Origin: Tubulanus polymorphus
Lineage: Eukaryota > Animalia > Nemertea
Assembly: GCF_964204645.1 (NCBI RefSeq)
Contig: NC_134028.1
Coordinates: 6,200,001 to 6,264,000 of the forward strand
Direction: 5' to 3'
Length of the DNA: 64,000 nucleotides
Shown one piece after another: positions 25,996 to 64,000 of the stretch; positions within the stretch are counted from its first letter, which is position 1, and each line of letters opens with the position of its first letter. The position numbers were made by a program, and so were the translations under genes. The notes below the pieces were generated by a model. The model made no database searches. It had not been told where the DNA came from and saw nothing but the letters and a program-made list of their open reading frames with translations.

Positions 25996-28703
25996 AAGTC
26001 ATCTAGTTTGTTATTGACGCTTAATTTCAAGTGAATCGGTTGAGGATTTTGGGATTACATACTAACATAGCCATAGGCGATTAAAGTGGAGAATTTATTT
26101 GTTGCCATTTGTCGACTAGTTGCCACCCTTGTGTTTTTATTATACAGGGATAGTGGAGCTGGTCATTGATATTGGTTTTATTCATTCACTATTAATTTTG
26201 ACAAGTCCTGGTGCCCTGTCACTCCAGTCAGTGTCCGATCCGATCCGAGCCGCTATTTCTATTTTTTTTTGTTCTGAAGGGTCTGCGTCAATTGCATTTC
26301 CTACCTTTTCACCCACACTTTCAAACAGTTTCCTCGGCAGTAGGTTTCTCGTAAGATTACGGATATTCCCTTTTAACATATAGCTTACCAGCCTAATAAT
26401 AATCACAAAGACGTGCCATTTTTTCGCTTCTTTCCATTCATTTTTGGTTTTTCTAAGAATCGTGCATCTGGAGTATTTGGTGCTGTCAACCGCAACTTGT
26501 CACGCTACGTGCACCTGACGAGACCAAAATGCTTTTATGAAACGTCGATGAAAAACTACTCGCTTGCCTGTGTATGCTTCTTTCATTAATCGCGCGCTAC
26601 AATAGCCGAGCCGAACCTGTCGTGGATCTAGAGTCTAATTTAGGGAGGGATGGAATGTATCGCCTAAATATGTAAATATGGCAAGGGTACCCGAAAGCTA
26701 ATCGGAAAACATTGATTCACAATTTTCGAATTGGTAACGGAGATAATACCCGACCCGGTAATTTTCGACTTGTTATGCTTCGCTAGTGTCCCAACCTAAT
26801 TTTTGAAAAATTTTTTTGCTTAAGAAATTTCTGAATTCTGACATAGAATCTGATAAAGTAGAATATGCTTGAAGATGACTATTAGAATATAGTCGAAACG
26901 TTGAATAAACTACTAGCTCCGGTAACATTTTCGGACTTTTTTCTATTATTGTGGAATTCTCTACATTATCGACACCACAAGGATCGTGATAGAATCTGAT
27001 ATTTTTTAACGGTAAACTCGTCCGCGGATTATGATTGTAGGCCCTATGTTGTATATTTCTTAGTTTAATTGTGAAAATTCACTTTGTTTTGTACAAACAG
27101 AATACGGTTGAGGCTGATTCTTCGCAAAAAGAAACTGAGCAATGAGCGGGTAAATGAAAATCTTCTCCTCTTTTGTTCAAAGAATCGTGTGAACTCACAG
27201 AAAAATTTGTTCAGTCTTACAAAGCGGAATTTTCCATTTTGGTGCGACAACAAAAAAGAGCAAACAGCAAGATGTACGTCGTATCTGTGAGAATGACTCG
27301 TAAGGAGGTCGGAAAGCTCGCCGAAGAACCATCCGCCGGAATAATTACTGATTTGAAAGCGGAAATTGTGCTATCGTAATTGGCAGGAGTATCGGATTAG
27401 CGCAAGCGACGAAAATTCTTTAGTTTTCAGCGAGAAAAGAAAAATGGAAAAATTGATTTACACAAAAAAATTTCTTTCGTAGCCTTAAAAAATAGACGCA
27501 GCACACTCCAAATACTGTGACGTCGAATCTTCAACAGGGTGTTTTTTTGGAATATACATGATAGCCGGCAAGAAAAAAGTCTCAGACCAATACCCCAACG
27601 CCGTGAATTTTGTTGTTGATGACTTGCCAATGAATAAATTCACCCCTCGTAAACTTCTGTACATTCATTGAACCATTACATAATAGTTAATCAGTTAATA
27701 AGGAATTCTTTGGAATAGGCCTACGTACTGATTACAGAAAATCCCCAAAGCCCAAATTAAACAATTCCCATCATTTATCTAATGAGCCAAACTAGAAATG
27801 TGAAAACTACACGATTGAAACTCGATACTTGATAAGAAAAAACAAATGCGATTTTTGCTACCCAGAAATATAGATTTTTGTGGAAGGCCAATTAGTACGA
27901 ACACATCAAATTTACTTTTGAGTTGTTATATAAACAGCTTAACTGTGACATAGTGAGTGACAATTTATCATATAGGTCTACAAAATATTTTGTGATATAT
28001 TTCTGTAAATACTGGTTTCGAAAGACGGGTGTTAGGGCGTCGTTATACGCCCGAAATGTGTGATGACCCACTTTGTATTGATGCCAGTACCAACCAGGAC
28101 CGGTTTATTGCATTTTCAACGCAGCCTGTTAAAATTAAACGGCGCATTTATCTGTTGGAGAACTGGTTTTCACAGTTGAATGGAATTCTTATTTAAAGAA
28201 AACAATCGAGACATACATATTTTTATTGTTCATATGAGGATACCTTTTTATAGCACATTATTTTAAAATCGTATGTAGGTGGCCCGGTGTCGATCACACC
28301 CTTACAGCATATCAGAGGCTACTCCCTGTGTAAGGCTCACAATTTAGAGGTAAATATTTGATAAGTTTTCTACTGTTTTGCCAGATTTTCACTCGTATTG
28401 ATGACAAATATTTATTGAATATCTTGCGCGGCTCGAATAGTGTGGTGAGAATTTTCATGTTACTAGTCCAATAGTCCTAAAAAGGGTGATTTATAAGAAT
28501 CACTTTCTACGACAGAAAACTGGGCTGAAACTTACGAAATGCAATTGGTAATCTAAGAACGCTTCTAGAAATGCATAGATTTTAATGGAAATGAAGTTTG
28601 ACACTTCTTCATACGATTCCGGATTATATAACTTCACAAGATTAGGAATTTTTCCTCTCAAATTGGATTCATATGTGTGTTTTGATTTATTACAGCCGAC
28701 AAA

Positions 28704-63943
<35,240 letters not shown>

Positions 63944-64000
63944 GTAAGTTGTTGGAAATTTATTGAAACGTCCGACTTGTAAAATGATGGTAGATTGCGG

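Overview
Eukaryotic, AT-rich, intron-rich invertebrate DNA (probably a spiralian/lophotrochozoan; this is inference). Most entries in the ORF track are exon fragments or noise. Three protein-coding genes were assembled by hand from GT-AG splice sites and frame continuity. (1) The 3' part of a + strand type-I membrane protein with Cys-rich DB modules, two FN3 domains, a TM helix and an FENPAY tail (131-3528). (2) A - strand inward-rectifier K+ channel (Kir) with a 22-nt first coding piece at 19044-19023 and one large GC-rich exon at 14693-13171. (3) A + strand giant cadherin that starts at 28704 and runs off the right edge, with 63 coding exons and about 3,360 aa in the window. Its N-terminus resembles PCDH15/Cad99C. 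From EC9 onward it is a tandem array of about 22 two-exon, all-phase-0 cadherin modules whose linkers lack the canonical DxNDN and LDRE Ca2+ motifs (RNxxxP instead). Introns and intergenic DNA hold many short non-autonomous elements: piggyBac-like TTAA MITEs, Harbinger-like elements with a CTG target duplication, GGATCC-TIR MITEs and a HINE-like element. There are also palindromic Penelope-type remnants carrying minimal hammerhead-ribozyme cores. No database searches were run, so family assignments rest on recognised motifs.
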